Source: Tubulanus polymorphus (taxonomy: Eukaryota; Animalia; Nemertea). Taken from it: a DNA stretch of 64,000 nt. Positions 1 through 11,765 of the stretch are shown in pieces. The DNA lies in NCBI RefSeq assembly GCF_964204645.1, contig NC_134031.1:17595807-17659806 (forward strand), read 5' to 3'. The position numbers were made by a program, and so were the translations under genes. Numbering within the stretch: position 1 is the first letter of the stretch; each line of letters starts with the position of its first letter. Below the pieces are notes generated by a model. The model made no database searches. It worked only from the letters and a program-made list of their open reading frames with translations, and was not told the DNA's origin.

Positions 1-335
1 TTGAATTATGTTCAGAGATCAAATCTTTAAGTGGCCCCATTTGAAGTACGTTACATGCATAATAAGTGACGAAAATAACTGATCTGCAAAACGAAAGGTG
101 TTACCCCACGAGAAGTTGAATCTCTTTCCCAATTGTGTATTCGACAGAAAAGAAGAGATTACAGCCCAAAATCATTGCAAGATATATAATTTCTATGAAT
201 TTTTATAAAATATGTAAATCAGATAAATAGAATAAACAAGGTTTGTCTGTACTACCTACACACATAAGACACAAAAAATCATTTCTAATGAAATATATAA
301 CATTTTAAAACCTCTTTGCTTAAAAACGTTTTTAA

Positions 336-659
336 CCCTTTCAGTGTGGCAACTCTACAGTGCGGTGTATTAATCGGTGATGAACTCTGCTAGTACCCCG
401 CGTCGCGGTGTATTGATGCATTACCGGTTGTAATCAATCATTTTTCATCTTTATTGAAAGATGGCAGCACCTGTCAAACAGTGGAATATCAGTAACTGTG
501 CAAGCATACCCCGCAGTGTTAGTAACTAACAATACACCGCACCGGGGTGTACTTGCACTAAAGCAGTAGGCCCGTTATTACACGAGGGTGGAATTTTTCA
601 TAATTTTCAAATTATCTCCATCACTTTCATCAGGTATTAAGTAGTCTTTATTGAAAGGG
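336..659. mobile_element. piggyBac-like MITE (CCCTTTCA...TGAAAGGG termini, TTAA TSD)
   Basis: TTAA 332-335 followed by CCCTTTCA, and TGAAAGGG followed by TTAA 660-663. Internal imperfect inverted repeats (gtgcggtgtatt / aatacaccgcac). Confidence 0.75.
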
Positions 660-1671
660 TTAAGGTAGATTTAACAAATTACGTTCGGTGTAGAGACTCT
701 GAGTTGTCTCGTAGACCGGTTTCACCGCGTCGTCGAACTGTTTCAGAATCTCGATCGTTTTCTCGTAATCGTATTTTTTCATCTTCGCGACAAGACCCTT
801 TTTATCCGGAAGCATGTACGTCGCTAGTTGGACGGCTTTACGCACCAAGTACGGGTGAAATTTCGCCAACGTTTCCGTGTAGACGTCACTGGCGATCGCG
901 CCGGTCGACGCGTTGTCCTCGGCTTTGTGAACCTCGTGCAGGAATTTCGTTATGAAATCGAGAGCGCGATGGAGACGCAGCAGAGTTCGCGATCCGTTAT
1001 CAAGTTTGTTTATTTTGCATTCGGTGAGATTATTCTCAACTTCGTACGCGATCATTCCCTGAATCGTCGCGTAGTGTTCACCCATCGACGATTTTCGATG
1101 TTCTCGAAGAATGTGTATTTTGCTGTGAACGTCCGATGAGACAAAGCCAAAAACTTTTCCCAACAAGGGGAATATCCTGAAAAATAACCAAATATAGAAT
1201 CAGCGATTTTTCTTCGACCATTAGAGGGTGGCCACTTAAACAAATTCCCGAGTTTTCCAATATTCCAGAAGTCGGATCCCAAAAATCTCTTTTTTGGTAT
1301 AAAATCAAATTTTATAGGTCGAATCATCTTTATATGAATCTCATGTGGCGGACCTGAATTTTCCAGGCTATTTGCAAATTTGTCAAATTCTCCCCTACCT
1401 GCAGGTCACCCTGCATATGGGGTAAAAGAAGCTAGTTCAACCATGACGACCAGAAGGTGCTGCCACCTGTGCTGAAATTTCAGAACGTTTTACATTTCGG
1501 AAGAAAAGAGGCTGTGAGACACATGAAGTCCGATTTTGACACATACCTACTCAACTCGCTGTAAGCCTCTACATATTCATCAATTTGTAATATGTTATCG
1601 TCAAGCCGACATGCCTTAAAATTGTCAGTAATCGCCTGAATATCAAAAGCTCCTTCGTTGTTAGCGGCCAT
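660..1671 (-). CDS. CPTP: Ceramide-1-phosphate transfer protein (GLTP fold); coding exons 1671-1547 and 1176-660
   Basis: Spliced ORF MAANNEGAFDIQ...ELSR|IFPLLGKVFGFVSSDVHSKI...EHYATIQGMIAYE...SRTLLRLHRALDF...HPYLVRKAV...LYTERNLLNLP. The RTxLRLHRAL motif and LL(D/N)LP C-terminus are characteristic of CPTP/GLTPD1. Confidence 0.9.
1225..1413. mobile_element. Degenerate CAGGGTGGCCAC-family MITE
   Basis: agggtggccac ... ggtcaccctg termini, shared with copies at 42888-43064, 48068-48467 and ~63200-63460. Confidence 0.6.
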
Positions 1672-2015
1672 ATTTAGAGTTGTCACACGAACTATTTACT
1701 CAGTACATCTAATACTGGAAGATATTAATTCAAATTGATTCAATTATTCATGAAAAATCTCTCTTACATTTCTTTTTGATCTACTTTTTGTTTATTTTTT
1801 CGACAATAATGAACAAATTACTTTATCATCAACATCGTCCCCCACTACGTAACTTCCGTAACTTGTAATCTACAGGACAAACCCGGAAATACTAACTATT
1901 GGGAAATCCCCCAAGCACGTGTGATAAAAATCTCAAATAGATTGAATAAATATCCGTCGTATGAACTCTATAGTTTCCAGATATCAGACTCCTTGTTGTT
2001 ACAAATATTTTTATA
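1672..2015. promoter_or_regulatory. Probable bidirectional promoter for CPTP and WDR89
   Basis: Head-to-head ATGs about 345 bp apart. ETS-like cores ACTTCCG (~1852) and CCGGAAAT (~1882). Confidence 0.5.
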
Positions 2016-3122
2016 ATGGTTAGAAATATGCAGAATCTGAAATTAGCCGAAAAATCTGCTTTTTCGCTGCAAAAAACAGAACCCGATTACATTCTGTGTA
2101 TGGACGCTCAGCCAGTTGTGGAAGATCCGATAATAGCGGCGGCAAGTTCGAATTACGAGATTCGTTTATTTACGTGGAATAATTTAACCACATTAGGCAG
2201 CATCGCCGGGCACGAGAGCGTCGTAACCGGCGTCAAATTCGGCCGCCGCAATCCAAACCTGTTGTACACGTCGTCGTGGGACAATACGCTGAAATGTTGG
2301 GATGTGCGAAACGGTACCGATAAACCGGTACAAACGTTCGTTGGTTACACGGGGAAATTCGGAACATTTTCGTGCTGCGACATCAGCTCCGACGACGCGA
2401 CGTTATGCGTCGGTACGAACGCCATCGAACACACGAACGATTCGTTCCTGTTATTCTGGGACGCGAGAAACGCCAACGATTTATTGAAATATTACGAGGA
2501 ATCGCACTCGGACGACGTCACAAGAGTGAGATTTCACCGCGACTCCACGAACCACGTAGCGTCGGCGTCCACCGACGGACTCGTCTGCGTGTTCGATATC
2601 GCCGAACAGAACGAAGACGACGCTCTTCTGATGACGTTAAACGCCGAATCGGCCGTATACGAAATGAACTGGTACACGCGAACATCGAAGAATCTGTACT
2701 GCATTACGGACATCAACTCGTTACATATTTGGGACGGCGTCGAAGGTGATGATATTCTAAATCTAAAAAACGAGGCGACCGATGAATCGGAGAGTTTCGT
2801 CGATTGTTTCTATAGCGAATCGGAGGATAAGTTGCGTTTACTGAGCACTCGACGCGATGGCAACGCGTTGCTATTCGATGTGGACTTCGACGAGAAAAAT
2901 ATTTCGAAAGTTTCGTCCATGAATGGCGGACATAACGATCTCGTACGCGGATTACTTTGGAACAGTTCGAATGCTTCGTTGGTGACCGGAGCCGAAGACT
3001 CGTTACTTTGCTTGTGGAAAGATGCCGAATCAATTGTCGACTCGTCGCCGAAACCTGCCAGTAATCTTAAAATGAAAACGGGCAAAATATCGAGCCGAAA
3101 AAAGAAGGCAGATCCTTACTAA
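2016..3122 (+). CDS. WDR89: WD repeat-containing protein 89 (single coding exon)
   Basis: 368 aa ORF with GH...WD repeats and WDR89-typical motifs YEESHSDDVTRVRFH, ASASTDGLVCVFD and LVTGAEDSLLCLWK. Confidence 0.88.
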   Translation: MVRNMQNLKLAEKSAFSLQKTEPDYILCMDAQPVVEDPIIAAASSNYEIRLFTWNNLTTLGSIAGHESVVTGVKFGRRNPNLLYTSSWDNTLKCWDVRNGTDKPVQTFVGYTGKFGTFSCCDISSDDATLCVGTNAIEHTNDSFLLFWDARNANDLLKYYEESHSDDVTRVRFHRDSTNHVASASTDGLVCVFDIAEQNEDDALLMTLNAESAVYEMNWYTRTSKNLYCITDINSLHIWDGVEGDDILNLKNEATDESESFVDCFYSESEDKLRLLSTRRDGNALLFDVDFDEKNISKVSSMNGGHNDLVRGLLWNSSNASLVTGAEDSLLCLWKDAESIVDSSPKPASNLKMKTGKISSRKKKADPY

Positions 3123-3511
3123 CGAAAGAACTTAATTTTTGGGTTATTTTAAAGAATTTTTATTCAACACACAACAGGTATACTTGATGAATAAAATATT
3201 GATAATCTCATAAATAGTTTTGGTATTTTTTAGAGATTTTAAATTCGAGCTGCTGCTTCCAGTGTTACGTTAAAGGAATACATGGCATTTAAGCTTAGTA
3301 TGCTTAGTACTGGCAACCCATCAGTCAGATGGCGTGAATAGAACACGGTTTTCATGTCGTGTCAAGTTTTAGTTCATTGCATGAAAAACTAGGTACAACA
3401 GAAATTAACACATTTAAATAGTTGTGAACCTCCACTCAAGGTTTTTTAAAAAGATTGGATGCTATCCTTTAAAGAGGATTTACAAAAAATGATTGACCTC
3501 ATCCTCATTGT

Positions 3512-3844
3512 CAGGGTTTGATTGCCTACTGCCGAAACCCACGCAAACAAACTGGCCCCAGACCCTTCATTGGTCTATCTACACCGCCCAAGGTTTCTTG
3601 GGTGGACAGGTTGCCACTCATTGGCCACCAGATATGTCTAGCCAATCAGATGCGTGGTATTGATAAAGCAAATCAGCAGGTGAAAAACAACGCATCTAAT
3701 TGGCTTAAATATTACATGAACTGGTGGCCGCTGAACAGCAACCTGGCTGCCCAAGAAATCTTGGGCATTGTAATAGACCAAATGAAGGGTCTGTGGCCAA
3801 GGTTTGTGTTGGCTTAAGCTTAGGCAGCAGGCAATAAAACCCTG
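3512..3844. mobile_element. MITE with CAGGGTTT TIRs
   Basis: cagggtttgattgcctactgcc / ggcagcaggcaataaaaccctg terminal inverted repeats. No clear TSD. Confidence 0.7.
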
Positions 3845-4461
3845 GCAAGCGAGAAAGGACCGGTATACATGGTAGACAGGTTGCCTGTCCCATTCAATAT
3901 GGTTGAAGATAGAGACCAGTAACCAGTCTATTTACATGGTGATACATAATCAATAGATACAAATACAAATCAATGAATTAGATTTCTTCCTTACATATAG
4001 AATCAACAAATATAGTGCCTATAAAATAAAATATAAATAAGCACCTGTGTAAAGAGAAAAAACTGTAAAAAGCTATGAACATAACTCGTGTAAAGTGCAA
4101 ATAAACTGGGAGTTAAAATACCCTCTACCAGAAAGAAACCCGTGACAAGATAAACCTATTGATGCAACCAAAAATTCATAAAATCTAGTCATGAATTTTT
4201 GATGCAACTTATTTCATTATGTTTACATTGAAAAAGTTATCTACAGAAACAGTAAACAGAGCAGGGTGTACAACTAGTAGCATTGAAAGGGTTCTATTTG
4301 TACCTACGAATGTTATGAGAAACTTGTTGTAAAAACAGATTTTCTGGTCCCCTGATGAAGTTAAAGTAAATAAAATTAAACTGAAATTCAAATGCATAAG
4401 AAAAATATCTGGATGTTATCTTCTCGAAAAACATGGACTTAAAAATGAAGGGTTTTATAGA

Positions 4462-4750
4462 CAGGGTTCCTACAGATCAGTCAACTCAGAATTTTTAGGG
4501 AAATGTTTGAAAAAATATTAGGCATCCAGTTTCAAGTAATTTTCATGCATGGCACTTCCTACACGCGATTAACAGAATGATTTCATGAAAATGTAAAAAG
4601 GATAATGATATCATGAATTTATTAATACGCCGACTTAGGGATGTATTTGGTTAAGGGGAAGCTCAGAATTTTGATTTTAGGGTCTCATACCCCTAGAATT
4701 TTTGATTTCTTGAATTTTAGGGTAGTATTTAAGGACCTGTAGGAACCCTG
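4462..4750. mobile_element. MITE with CAGGGTTCCTACAG TIRs and 5-bp TSD (ATAGA)
   Basis: Perfect 14-bp TIR cagggttcctacag / ctgtaggaaccctg, with ATAGA on both flanks. Confidence 0.75.
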
Positions 4751-4794
4751 ATAGATTTTCTGACCGCAGAAAAAGCTTTAAGATCCTAAACGCT

Positions 4795-7507
4795 TCACTG
4801 ACACGCAGCGGTGAACGTGTCCACTCCGAAATATCGCTGGAATCCTTCGGTGCCGACGAACCTCATAAATCGACTCAACGGACACGTAAACGACGTCGAC
4901 GTTTTTTGACAAAAGCGAACCTTTCGAGTCATATCCTTGCCGTTGTACAGCACTCGTATTTGATGCGTGAGACCGGTCGGCGATTCTTGAAGATATTGCT
5001 CTAATACTAGACGCGACGCGTACGGCGGCCATTTTGTATTGTGTATGCCCAACGCGACGAGCAGCGGAGTCAACGAAACGTCGTGTCCCGAATAGAGGAC
5101 AAATTTCACCTGTCGATGATCGGGCAGATGCGAATTCATGTTCATGCGATGCGCGATTTCGTACAGCACGGGATGCATCAGCAACAATTGCAACCGTTGA
5201 TACGAGACGCTGCGCAATTGTCGTCGCATGTAGCTGTTCGAGATCTTCCACAGATCGGAGATCAGATCGGCCGCGTTGCACGAACCCGAATTCAAACACG
5301 CGACGTCGATTCGTTTACCGTGGCAATAACGGCCCATGACCGCGTCGAGAAAAGCGGTCGCGTCCGTTTCTTTGATCGTGATTTGATACTTGCGCTCCAA
5401 CTCGAGCAGCAACCGTTGCGACGCCGAGCGATTTTGTTGCTTCAACTCGCGCGCGATCAGCTGGTGGTATTTGCGTACGGCGTGGCAGTAACACGGCCGG
5501 TGAAAATGTTTCGTCGAGCAAAACGAAACCGTCTGCTGTTCGGTGACGTACAAATCCTGTACACGGAAATTCGGCAAAAATCCGTACAAGAACGCCAGCG
5601 AACTTTGATACGTACGCGGATACTTCGTGCTGCGTATCAGCACGTTCTCGCGTAGGAAACCTCGCCGCAACAATCCGAGTTCTTTGTTGTAAATGTTGCC
5701 GAGGTAACGACCTAAATCGAGAAGCTGCACGACTCCTTTCGGCGTCAGCTGTCCGTCGCCGCAATCGCTTTTGTTCGGGAATGTATCCGTGTGGCGGAAC
5801 GCGTCGTAGTTGTGTCGCCATTTCGAAGTTCGCGCGAGATTGTCGACGTACGAATGTAACGTTTTGTGATGCGAGTATTCGGTGAGGTTTATTTTACAGT
5901 TCAGTTTCACAGGTCCGCCCCTTTTAAGGTTGTGTATAGGGGAACGGTCGCCGTGTCGAATAAATACGTGCACCGATATCAGTTTCTTCATACGCACCAT
6001 TAATCCTACAATTCATAGAATGAAAAACATTATAGGCCTAATTCAACTACAATCAATCTTGGATAACTCATCACTTTGGGGACTGTGATCAAGAATCTCT
6101 CCAAGCAGGAATTGTTGTAATTCAGAGGAAGAGGTAAATAACAGGATCCAAGAAAAGTGTTAGAGAATCCAAGAGAATTTTTATATGAACTTAATTTTAG
6201 ACTTAATTATATAAACTTAATATCGATAAAGCACCAAGAAAAAATCAGCATATTCATACCTGGTACTCTATGTTCTATTGCAATTCATAATGAATAGTCT
6301 CCTTGCTTTGATACTATAGACCCTGCTTAATATTGATCGGTTAAATCCAGATTTCTCATTAACCAAACTTGTTCCCAATTATCCGAATTAAGCACATTCT
6401 ACTACGCTTCACTATCTACTAAACCAGTAAGTCAGTAAAGCTGTTTTGCATCGATCCTTAATCAAGCAATCGACTATGCAAAACAATATTTAAATCCGAT
6501 AAACATACTTACCTTCAGCCCCTTTCACCGGCGCTTCAGACGGATTGCAATATTGATCGGCCTGACTGTCGTTATTAAAACCACTCGTCCAAATCAATGT
6601 TTCGTTACCGACACCTCGTTCATTGTGATCATTGCTATTAAAATAACGCAATAACACGGGTACTTTACGGCGATTACGCGATCCACTAAACCACCAATCT
6701 AAACAAAAAAGTAGGCAATATGTATAAGTCAAATAGTCGATATAAGGCTCAAAATAGGACAAAGAAATGCTTAACATCAAGTTGCAAGTAACATATAACA
6801 TTGGCTTGTACATCATTTTGGAAAGCCATAAGGATGTATGAGCCATGCAATTCTATCTAATCTAATGTCACATTAGACCCCTGTATAAAACACCCACAGA
6901 CTGGTCTGTTACGGGTTCCCTAGGAACAACAGCTAGGTACCCACAGACCAGTGTGTGGCTACGAACAATTATTGAGATGATTGTTCGTAGCTCAAGGCAA
7001 ATACCCGTAAAGCTATGTAACAGTCCGTGAGCCCTGTAACACAGGTGGAACGCTCTGAAACATGAGGGTAACAGGCTATCAGAGTTTGTAAAACCTGCTG
7101 TAACTCTGTATCGAAATATCTGTAATGCTGCCTGTTACACCCTGTAACAAGGGTATAACAGGATGTCAAAACCTGTTTATTAAGATGATTTCCAGCACGT
7201 CCCAAATAACTATTCATATCAATCAAACCTTGGATAATACAAAACTGTTTATTACGACAATTACACTTTGCCCAGAAGATTCGTATTAACAAGGTTCTTC
7301 TGTATAATTCATTTTAAAAAAATGTCCGTAAAATTTATGTTAGAAAAAGGGGTTTAAGTAAGATTTTGGAGTTAGGGTAAAGTCGAGAGTTTAGAAAGTC
7401 AAGAGTTAAATTTCACAATAAACAGACTTACGAGAACCAATAAGTATAAGAACGAGAAACACTACGAACGATGCCTTCCATCTCCAGCATATTATACGCT
7501 TGATCAT
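4795..7507 (-). CDS. PXYLP1: 2-phosphoxylose phosphatase 1 (histidine phosphatase clade 2, type II membrane); coding exons 7507-7432, ~6698-6512 and 6005-4795
   Basis: N-terminal TM anchor (MIKRIICWRWKASFVVFLVLILIGS), then YCNP...GAEG|GL...KLISVHVFIRHGDRSP (RHGxRxP), RTYQS and LYSGHD motifs. Splice phases are consistent. Probable 5' UTR exons extend to ~8170. Confidence 0.85.
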
Positions 7508-10500
7508 TTCGGAAATTATGAGAGCGTTCATTATCGGGGCTCACCGCTATAGTACAGTACAATCCACTTACAACAAAATATCAACGACAACGTCTCTGTC
7601 AAAATTAAGTCATAATTCAATTGTTCTTGTCATGCGACAATTGTAAACCTGGAAATTAAAATAGTAAAATAAATACCAGCCCCATATACGACATCAAGTG
7701 ACCAAAATCCGGCATATTTTTAGCTATTCTTTGCTAATTAAGAGATTAATTACTACAAAAAACACAAATTACAATTTATGACTGTGGAAATATTCGACGA
7801 CCTTGAAAGTTTCTAACCGAAAATCATCGCACTAATTGCCAAACTCGAACGTCGTATGTTGTATGATGGACATCCCTCAGCTAGTCAGTAACCTGTCTGA
7901 GGTTTAGTTTCACAATCGGATATTTTCACAAACCACAGTCAGGAATGGGAAGGTCATTTTTGTATGAAATCTTTGTCAGCCAATTTGACTGACGAGTAAT
8001 TTGCCTGGCATTTCATTGTCTCTTAAGATATCCGTCTAATTTTTGTTGTAATCGACGCACAACAGATTCGTAGTTTGTCTGATACATATAACACCTCACC
8101 TGACGATCTTAATCCATGTGCAAATCGGCCGTAAACTGAGAGTAAATTTCCGTCGGGTCAACAGCTGCCATTTTGAAAATTACTGGAGGTGCTGGCACCT
8201 GTGGACTGAGGCCAGGACAACAGCACAAACTAACGAAGCGAAACGACGAAATTGAAAAAAATTAAGAAATCAACACTTATTCACATTTTTCTTTTACCAG
8301 AATTTATTATTTCATTATTTATTATGGAAAATACGAAGATTTGAAATATAAGTTGGAAAACCATCAAAAATAAAAATTGTCGTTTCGTCTTGGAAGTTTT
8401 ATATAAATCCTTGTAGGTCCCCTTGTCTTATCATGCCACATGTGCAATACAGAGAAATGGCGGCCAATGGCGAAATTGGTGGAGAAATTAATTAATTTCT
8501 CAAAATAATGTTGATTAACCACTCGAAACATACATAAAATTGGATTATTTCGAAAGGTACCTGTGTTAGTTTGTGAATTAAGCCATTAATTGTGGACTGA
8601 AGTGAATAGAAAGTATATTTTTGAAGTGTTACTTTTTTCAACCGTGTTTTGGTCCTTGTCATCCCTAACGTTGGTATAAGCCCATCCGATTATAAAAAGC
8701 TTACCACCAACGATTAGGTAACTAACTATCCCTCAGCAGGATCGAGCGTGAATGGCATACCGTTACTTGATACAATAACCTAGCCACACCGGGTGCGCAG
8801 GTGGCCGCGAGAAACTTGCAGCACCAATCAGATTGCCCAATTGCAGAAAATTGGAAAAGTGGATCGCGCCCACCGCGGCCCTAGTGGCACTGAATTTGTC
8901 CTTGTCCACTACCCTGATAGCAATCGGCTTGGCGTAGTGTCTGGCATAATGGTCTTTTTGTAATCGTCTTCGAGAACGCTGCGTTTTTTGCCTTAACGTT
9001 CGTGTTTAATTCGTCATTCATGTGTCGTTATTTTGCCTAAAAATCGTCACTATCGCGGGTCCCTTCCTCTGCTTACGTACTTTAAAATGAAATCGGTTAC
9101 ACAAATGATTTACAAGAACAACAGGTGCAGCACTTTTTATCTATTAGGCCTTTGTCTAGACACGGCCTAGGCACAGTCCGATAAGCTTTGGCGTGCAAAA
9201 AAAATCGAAATATTACATGTGCTATATACACTACCCGTCCATTCGTAGTAACTATAAACGACGGTGCCAAAAGTTTCTCGGAGCCAGCTGAGAAAAGCGA
9301 GAAATTTTGAAATCGAATTAAAAGAACCGGTCCATTAATCGAAAATAACAAAATTGTTGACAGCCTGCGTCATTGTTGCTTGACTTCAATGAGTGGACCA
9401 ACCCTATCTCGTTACGAAAAAGTGATTATTATTACATGCGTATGCGGCCTATTTTAATTTTCACCGTTATGGGTGGTCGGGAACCCGTCATCTTCAGGAA
9501 TTCGAAACCCGTGAAACCCACGATATGTACCAACTCGGCACAAAAATATGTAAAAATTAGAGTGGTAACATCAAAAATGATTTTCTTCATGGAAATTTCG
9601 AAGAAAGGAGGTACTACCACAGGGACTCGTATTTGAAGTTGTGGCGTGAACTGTAGCTTAAATTATCCATATCCCAATACTGACCAGGGATCAGCTGCCG
9701 GGAGAGAAAAACTGCAGAATTCACGACTTATCATCATCAGGATAGTAACCGAATTGCTATAGGCATCAAAGAGGACCGATAAATGGGGTCGATTTCAGAC
9801 TTCCGATCTCTGAGGCTATGTCACTCTGCCAGGATTCGATCCCGATTGACTTTTTCTATACATAGATATCTGACACATGCGCGTCGCGCGAATTTGGAAC
9901 ATTATGACGTATATGTGGTCATCGTGTCCACTGCGGGTTTGACCTTAAAGCGCAGCAGGAAAATGGCGTGCTTCAACATACAACACGAATACCAAAACCA
10001 CACCTTATTCCAAACATTACCACCCTCCCTTCACACCCCAAAAATCAGTATTTCAATATTCGGTAAGTGTTTATAACATTTGTTAATATGGTGCAAATAT
10101 ATTTCATATCAGATATTGTGGGTATCCATATTTCTTGACTTTAAAATTCGTCTCATTTCGTTGTAATTTGTTCTGAAATGATTCTTAAAAATGTGAATTA
10201 GCTTTGGTTCCGTGTGAATTCATTCTGTCCATATTCCGTATCATTTTGAATACGTAATTTCTTCATGAAGAATTTATGTCATTAAATATTGAAAATAGAC
10301 GTAAATGTTTTCTGCATCAGTTTCAAAAACAAATGAGGTTGAAACTGTTCACGTGAATTTTCATAACGGTATTCCTTTCTTTCATGTTCGACTCGGGAGG
10401 AACCTGAACTAAAATTACACGAAGCAATCCTGAAAAAATGAAACCTACAGATTAAAAGCTAACAATTTGGTAAGTTTTATTTCAGAATTTGTCAATTCTG

Positions 10501-10591
10501 CAGTTTTTGCTAAGGAAAGAAAACGTTCTGAGATTTTTCTATCATGGGTTTTATTTTTTTAGTGAGATTTCCGGAGTCAGCTCGGGCAGGC

Positions 10592-10855
10592 ACACAAGGA
10601 ATCATTCTGTTACAATCAGAGTTTCTTAGATTCAGCAAAGGATAACAAGGAATCACTGTGTTACAGTAAGACTTTCTTGGATTCAGCACAGGATAACAAG
10701 GAATCACTTTGTTACAGTAAGACTTTCTTGGATTCAGCACAGGGCAACTGAGAAATTACGGTTTAATCACACATTCGGATATAGCACAGGAAAAGAAAAA
10801 TCACTGTTTTAATCAGACTCCTTGGACTCATCACAGGACAACAATGAATCATTGA
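10592..10855 (+). repeat. 51-bp tandem repeat (3 good copies and ~2 degenerate)
   Basis: Unit aacaaggaatcactgtgttacagtaagactttcttggattcagcacaggat. One frame reads as a 17-aa repeat (NKESLCYSKTFLDSAQD). Confidence 0.8.
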
Positions 10856-11424
10856 ATGGAAGTTCAAGATAAGTATAATTTTTCATACCACTATCCCTGT
10901 TTATCAGTTGTTGATTTGATTAAAGGGACCAGTTTTATAGTGTCATAAACCATATTTGAAAATGAAATCATAGTGTGTTGTTGCATCTATAATTTTTTTC
11001 AATCCGTCCAATTGCCTCCACTGATATTGGTGTGTATTTGCTAAGGGGTTATTTTGGTTATCGGATTGTTATTTCATTGATACAAAAACAAATAAAGCAG
11101 CTTTATTGGTTTCCTACTGTGGATACACTCAATACGTTTTTTCAATCAATATGAAACTGGTCTCTGATATCAATAACACAACTGTTATCAATCAGGTTCC
11201 TTCGTGAATATCAGATGCGTAAATCCAAAGATTTAGGATTTCTGTAGATTTTACTGCTGTACTGATTTCAGTTACAGATACATGTAACAATTGTGTACAG
11301 ATACTGAGTACAGATCACTGCATTAACTTCATCCTGTGATTGAACAGTGATTTAATGTTCTCGCATCTTCACTAGATTCCCATCCGTCAAACTCAAACAT
11401 CAGAACATTTCAACTTATCTAACC

Positions 11425-11765
11425 GTGGGGTTTGGAGAGGGTTGGTAGGGTTGGGGGGAGGGAGGGAAGGGGAAGAGGGAGGGTGGGAGGGAAGGGGCGA
11501 GGGAGGGTGGGAGGGAAGGGGCGAGGGAGGGAAGGGGTGAGGGAGGGTGGGAGGGAAGTGGTGTGGGAGGGGGATGGAGGGAAGGGGTGTGGGAGGGAGG
11601 GAGGGAGAGAGAGAAGGGTGGAGGGTGAGGGTGGAGGGGCTGCCAGGGAGGAGAGATCAGGTCAGGGAGAGATGGGTGGTGGTATGACTTGCAGGAAGGT
11701 TTAGGTGGTCTAGGTTTTAGGTAGGTGGTGGTTTAGGGTTTTTGGGAGATGGTGGTTTAGGGTCA
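11425..11765 (+). repeat. G-rich low-complexity / G-quadruplex-forming tract
   Basis: Many GGG/GGGG runs (GGGAGGGAAGGGGCGAGGGAGGGT units), ending in TTTAGG(G)-like motifs. Confidence 0.85.

Noticed and set aside
4345-4395. Further hammerhead candidate (CTGATGA...GAAA); likewise at ~9733, ~15413 and ~28853
   Set aside because: Stem I and/or stem II cannot be formed.
4778-5821. Overlapping and antisense ORFs within PXYLP1 (similarly within WDR89, CPTP, FMO and the GT32 gene)
   Set aside because: They are shadow frames caused by CG-rich codon usage depleting stop codons, and they have no recognisable motifs.
10563-10770. Selenoprotein or readthrough at the TGA ending the 17-aa repeat frame
   Set aside because: A TAA follows a few codons later, and there is no SECIS or selenoprotein homology.
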